64,000 nt of DNA. It comes from Vicinamibacteria bacterium (GTDB taxonomy: Bacteria; Acidobacteriota; Vicinamibacteria; Marinacidobacterales; Marinacidobacteraceae). The translations under genes and the position numbers were made by a program. The notes below the pieces were generated by a model. It saw only the letters and a program-made list of their open reading frames with translations. It was not told the DNA's origin and ran no database searches. The stretch covers positions 64,001 to 128,000 of the forward strand of contig OY821641.1 of assembly GCA_963555995.3 (NCBI GenBank), given 5' to 3'. Every line of letters begins with the position of its first letter. The stretch's first letter is position 1. Of this stretch, positions 59,984-64,000 are shown one piece after another.

Positions 59984-61486
59984 ATGAGCCAGACCTTCGT
60001 CATCGTCGCCGTCTGCGTCTATCTGGCGGGGCTCCTGTTCCTCGGAGCGGTCGCCTCCACCCGCATCCGGAACGCGACCGACTTCGTGGTCGCGGGCCGC
60101 CGGCTCGGTCTCGGGCTCTGCACGTTCACGCTCTTTGCGACCTGGTTCGGGGGCGGCACGCTGATCGGGGCGGCGGGAGCTTCCTACGCGGGCGGCCTGA
60201 ACGCGGTGGTGGCCGATCCCTTCGGCGCCGCGCTCTGCCTGCTGCTCGCCGGCGCGTTCTACGTGCGGCTGCTCCGCCGCCTCCGCCTCCTCACGGTTCC
60301 CGACTTCTTCCGCCGCCGGTTCGGCCGGCCGGCCGAGATCCTGGCCGCGCTCTCCATCCTCCCGGCCTACATCGGCTGGGTGGGATCGCAGTTGCTGGCG
60401 GTGGGGACGGTGCTTTCCGCGATGGCGGGCCTGCCGTTCGTGGCCAGCATCCTGATCGCCGCCGCCATCGTCCTCGTCTACACGATTCTCGGCGGCATGT
60501 GGGGCGTGACCCTCACCGACTTCTTCCAGGCGCTGGTCCTGATCGCGGCGATCTGCGTGCTGCTGCCGATCGTCCTCGGAGCAGCGGGCGGAATCTCCTC
60601 CGTGCTCGACTCCCTGCCGGAGGGCCGCACCCGTTTCCTGCCGACCGGCGGCCTGCTCGAATGGCTCTTCTTCGTGCAGGCGTGGCTGCTGATCGGGCTC
60701 GGCAACCTTCCCGGCCAGGACCTCATGCAGCGGGCGCTGAGTTCGAAGAGCGAGCGCGTCGCGCAGTGGTCCGCCTACTTCGGCGGTTCGCTCTACCTGG
60801 TGGTCGGCCTGATCCCGGTGGCGCTCGGGATGATCGGTTCGGTGCTGATGCCGGGGCTTCAGAACCCGGAGGAGATCGTGCCGCGTCTCGCCATGGAGTA
60901 CCTGCCGCCGGTGGGACTCGCCCTCTTCCTGGGGGCGCTCTTCTCGGCGCTCATGAGTTCGGCCGACAGCGGGCTGCTGGCGCCGGCGAGCGTCTTCGGG
61001 CAGAACATCGTACGGAACCTGGCTCCCGACCTGAAGCCGAAGGAAGTGCTGGTCGCCGTCCGGGTCGGGGTGGTGATCTTCTGCGGGCTGGCGCTGGCGG
61101 TGGCGCTCTGGTTCCAGAGCGTCTATTCGCTCATGGTCGAGTCCTGGACGGTGATGATGGTGGGTCTTTTCGGGCCGCTCACGCTGGGGATGTACTGGAA
61201 ACGGACGAACGGGCCGGGCTGCGTGAGCGGCATCGTGGCCGGGCTGGTGGTCTGGCTGGGGCTCATCGGGGCCGAACTGGTGTCGGGCGCGGTTGATCCC
61301 GGCAACGTGACGGCGTTGCCGAACGCGCTCATCGCCACTCCCGTTTCCCTGCTGGTGACGGTCGCCGTTTCCCTGTTGACCGCGAAGAGCCACCCGCCGC
61401 GGGCGCTCACCGACCCCTCGGGAGCGCCGATCGAGGCGAAGGGCCGGCTCGGGACGCTGGGACTCCGCCCTCCGGCGTCCGCCTAG
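59984..61486 (+). CDS. Sodium:solute symporter
   Basis: DFVVAGR, ATWFGGG, GGMWGVTLTD, QDLMQR, MSSADS. Confidence 0.92.
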   Translation: MSQTFVIVAVCVYLAGLLFLGAVASTRIRNATDFVVAGRRLGLGLCTFTLFATWFGGGTLIGAAGASYAGGLNAVVADPFGAALCLLLAGAFYVRLLRRLRLLTVPDFFRRRFGRPAEILAALSILPAYIGWVGSQLLAVGTVLSAMAGLPFVASILIAAAIVLVYTILGGMWGVTLTDFFQALVLIAAICVLLPIVLGAAGGISSVLDSLPEGRTRFLPTGGLLEWLFFVQAWLLIGLGNLPGQDLMQRALSSKSERVAQWSAYFGGSLYLVVGLIPVALGMIGSVLMPGLQNPEEIVPRLAMEYLPPVGLALFLGALFSALMSSADSGLLAPASVFGQNIVRNLAPDLKPKEVLVAVRVGVVIFCGLALAVALWFQSVYSLMVESWTVMMVGLFGPLTLGMYWKRTNGPGCVSGIVAGLVVWLGLIGAELVSGAVDPGNVTALPNALIATPVSLLVTVAVSLLTAKSHPPRALTDPSGAPIEAKGRLGTLGLRPPASA

Positions 61487-61499
61487 CAGCCTGCGGCCG

Positions 61500-62144
61500 A
61501 TGGCGTCCGCGCCGCGCTGGCGGGTCGCGGTGACCGCGGCGCACCACGCGGAGGCGCTCGCCGAACTCCAGCGCGTGGTGTTTCCCACGCTGGACCCTGC
61601 GGAACGCTTCGGAGCCGATCACTACCGGCGGCACGTCGAGATCTTTCCGGAGGGCCAGTTCGTCGCCCTGACGAGCGAGGGCAGGCCGATCGCGGCGACC
61701 ACCACGCTGCGGCTGAACCTCGACCTCAGCCGTCCGCAGCACCGCTTCCCCGAGTTCCTGGGGGGACTGTTCCTGACCGCCCACGATCCGGCGGGCGAGT
61801 GGCTCTACGGCGCCGACGTCGGGGTCCATCCGGACTGGCGGCGGCAGGGGATCGCCCGGGCGCTCTACGCGGCCCGGCAAGCCACCGCCCGGAACCTCGG
61901 CCTGCGCGGCCAGATAACCGTCGGCATGCTGAACGGCTACGGGGCGGTCGCGGAGCGGATGAGCGCCGAGGACTACTACGGGCGGCTGGTGGCCGGGGAG
62001 ATCATGGACCCGACGGTCTCCGCGCAGGTGCGGATCGGGTTCCGCCCGGGCGGCCTGATCCCGGACTACGTCCAGGACCCCCGTTGCGCCGGCTACGGCG
62101 TCCTGCTGACCCTCCCCGCGGATCAGCAGGTCTCGTTCCGGTAG
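61500..62144 (+). CDS. GNAT acetyltransferase (YkwB-like)
   Basis: FPEGQFVA, LYGADVGVHPDWRRQGIARALY. Confidence 0.85.
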   Translation: MASAPRWRVAVTAAHHAEALAELQRVVFPTLDPAERFGADHYRRHVEIFPEGQFVALTSEGRPIAATTTLRLNLDLSRPQHRFPEFLGGLFLTAHDPAGEWLYGADVGVHPDWRRQGIARALYAARQATARNLGLRGQITVGMLNGYGAVAERMSAEDYYGRLVAGEIMDPTVSAQVRIGFRPGGLIPDYVQDPRCAGYGVLLTLPADQQVSFR

Positions 62145-62164
62145 CGAGGCGTCCGGCCCGCCTC

Positions 62165-62416
62165 GGTGCGCCAGCCTCCGGCTGGCATCGCGCGGAAGCG
62201 CGAAACCCGCGCTGATGACGCTCCGCCCCGTGAACGTGGAGCCCACGTTCGCCTCGCTTCGGGCGGCGTGGGCGCCGTTCCCGGTTGGGATCACGCCATG
62301 TCGGTTGGTGGCGATGTGCGTTTCGCCTCCCTGCGGTCGGCGATGCCGGCCGGAGGCCGGCGCTCCGAGCCGACGCGTCCTCCGCGCGGCGGGTGCCGGC
62401 TGAAGCCGGCGTTCCA
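62165..62416. repeat. REP cluster
   Basis: Variants at 62165 (+), 62343-62366 (-) and 62393-62416 (-). Confidence 0.8.
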
Positions 62417-62594
62417 TGCCGGGGGCGCCATGGAGGCTCCGGAGCGGTGGCGGCGCGGGGCCGTCGGTAACATTCGCGCCCTCCCGAACGTAGAGAGAAC
62501 GAACGCCTCGCCAGCCTCTCGTCCGGAGTCCCGGGCTTCCGACCGCGGCGGGAACCTTTCCCCGATGCGCCTCGTAGGCCCTTGATCCAGAACC

Positions 62595-63827
62595 ATGAAT
62601 CCTCCGAAACCTGCTGACCGGCTCGCCGAGCTCAAGATCGGCGAGGAGCAGCGCGGTTCGCGGCCCTTCGCGCTGGTGACCGCGATCATCGGCGGGGTGC
62701 TGGTGGTCGGGGGAGGGGTATCGGCCGTATTCCTGCTGGGTTCGGAGCCGGAGGTGCTCGCGGTCCGCACGGCGCGGGTCCGCTCGATCTCGGTGGACGC
62801 CGGGACCACGGTGCTGAACGCGAGCGGCTACGTCACGGCGCGCCGCCAGGCCACCGTCTCTTCCAAAACCGCGGGTCAGATCACCGAGATCGCCATCGAG
62901 GAGGGCATGGAGGTGGCCGCGGGCCAGGTGCTCGCCCGTCTCGACTCTTCGAACCTGGAGCGGACCCTCCGCCTCGCGGAAGCGCAGACCGCGGCGTCCG
63001 GAAAGGCGGTCCTCGAGGTGGAGGCCCAGCTTGCCGAAGCGCGCCTCCGCCAGGAGCGGACCCGGCGCCTCGTCGAGCAGCAGGTCGCCGGGCAGGCGGA
63101 CCTCGACCAGGTCAACGGCGAAGTCGCCACCCTCGAGGCGCGGGTCGCGCGCCAGCGCGAGGACATCCGCGTCTCGGAGCGGCAGGTGGAGGTCATCCGC
63201 CAGCAGATGGAGGACATGGTGATCCGGGCGCCCTTCGACGGCGTCATCACCGCCAAGAATGCCCAGCCCGGCGAGATGATGTCCCCCATCGCCGGGGGCG
63301 CCGGGTTCACCCGGACCGGGATCGGCACCATCGTGGACATGACCTCGCTGGAGATCGAGGTGGACGTCAACGAGGCGTACATCAACCGGGTGTCGCCGGA
63401 CCAGCCGGTGGACGCCGTCCTCGACTCCTACGACGACTGGACGATCCCGGCGCGGGTGATCGCGATCATCCCGACCGCCGACCGCGACCGGGCCACGGTG
63501 CGGGTGCGGATCGGGTTCGAGGAGCTCGACCCCCGGATCCTGCCGGACATGGGCGTCAAGGTGAGTTTCCGGTCCGCCGAAGCGGAGCCGGAGGAGGCCC
63601 CGGAGGGTCTGCTGGTCGAGGCGGCGGCGGTGTTCCCGGACACCGGCCGGGACCTCGTCTATCTGGTCCGTGACGGGCGGGTCCAGCGCCGCGCCGTGCG
63701 GCTCGGGGACCGGCGCGGGTCCGATGTGTTCGTCCTCTCCGGACTGGTGGAGGGCGACCGGGTCGTCGTGGAGGGTCTCGAAGGCCTCGAGGACGGCGCG
63801 GAAGTAACGGAAGCGGCGGCCCCGTAA
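62595..63827 (+). CDS. Efflux periplasmic adaptor (MacA/HlyD family)
   Basis: N-terminal TM, ASGYV, G..V..GQVLARLD, IRAPFDG, DVNE, PDM. Confidence 0.9.
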   Translation: MNPPKPADRLAELKIGEEQRGSRPFALVTAIIGGVLVVGGGVSAVFLLGSEPEVLAVRTARVRSISVDAGTTVLNASGYVTARRQATVSSKTAGQITEIAIEEGMEVAAGQVLARLDSSNLERTLRLAEAQTAASGKAVLEVEAQLAEARLRQERTRRLVEQQVAGQADLDQVNGEVATLEARVARQREDIRVSERQVEVIRQQMEDMVIRAPFDGVITAKNAQPGEMMSPIAGGAGFTRTGIGTIVDMTSLEIEVDVNEAYINRVSPDQPVDAVLDSYDDWTIPARVIAIIPTADRDRATVRVRIGFEELDPRILPDMGVKVSFRSAEAEPEEAPEGLLVEAAAVFPDTGRDLVYLVRDGRVQRRAVRLGDRRGSDVFVLSGLVEGDRVVVEGLEGLEDGAEVTEAAAP

Positions 63828-63848
63828 GTGGGGCAGGGAGACGGTTTC

Positions 63849-64000
63849 ATGAGCGCAAGAGAACCTTCCGCATCGCAGGACGGCAACGCCGCCGGGCTGC
63901 CGGGCGCGACCATGGTGGACGTGCGGGGGGTCAGCCGGACCTTCCGGCGGGGCCGGACCCCGGTGCCGGTCCTGAAGAACCTCAGCCTGAGCATGAAGGG
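63849..64000 (+). CDS. ABC ATPase, MacB/LolD-like (runs off the window)
   Basis: VDVRGVSRTFRRG...VPVLKNLSL, directly after the adaptor gene. Confidence 0.7.
   Translation, partial: MSAREPSASQDGNAAGLPGATMVDVRGVSRTFRRGRTPVPVLKNLSLSMK

Overview
High-GC (visibly about 70%) chromosomal segment from a diderm bacterium. The gene set and repeat style suggest Acidobacteriota (inference). Core genes: lptD (5'-truncated), DUF92 + UbiA-family prenyltransferase, glyA, dinG/yoaA, yggS, a minus-strand CNNM-tilS-ftsH-cdaA-cdaR-lepB run, futalosine menaquinone genes (mqnP, ubiX, mqnE, mqnA, mqnC), a liv-type ABC transporter, yebC-ruvC-ruvA-(MutS-like)-ruvB-queA, a liu/atu-type acyl-CoA carboxylase cluster, and transport/metabolic genes. 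Accessory content: toxin-antitoxin modules, an McrC remnant, and an orphan phage-type (PBECR-like) nuclease followed by a strongly structured non-coding tract. No transposase, rRNA, tRNA or CRISPR-Cas was recognised. Most notable: (1) a 381-aa protamine/Hc2-like protein made almost entirely of about 65 RKK[A/V][T/S] pentapeptides; (2) three layers of non-autonomous mobile DNA, namely covarying REP/REPIN-like hairpins, a 179-bp CTAG-targeting MITE that rewrites gene ends, and a 102-bp IS4-like MITE inserted inside a REP with a 12-bp target duplication; (3) an 11-unit, 32-bp-period GTAG-hairpin tandem array; (4) the candidate nuclease + structured-RNA pair; (5) a stand-alone SbnI/SerK-like serine kinase; (6) a membrane-anchored MutS-like ATPase between ruvA and ruvB. 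All calls come from motif recognition by eye; no database search was run.
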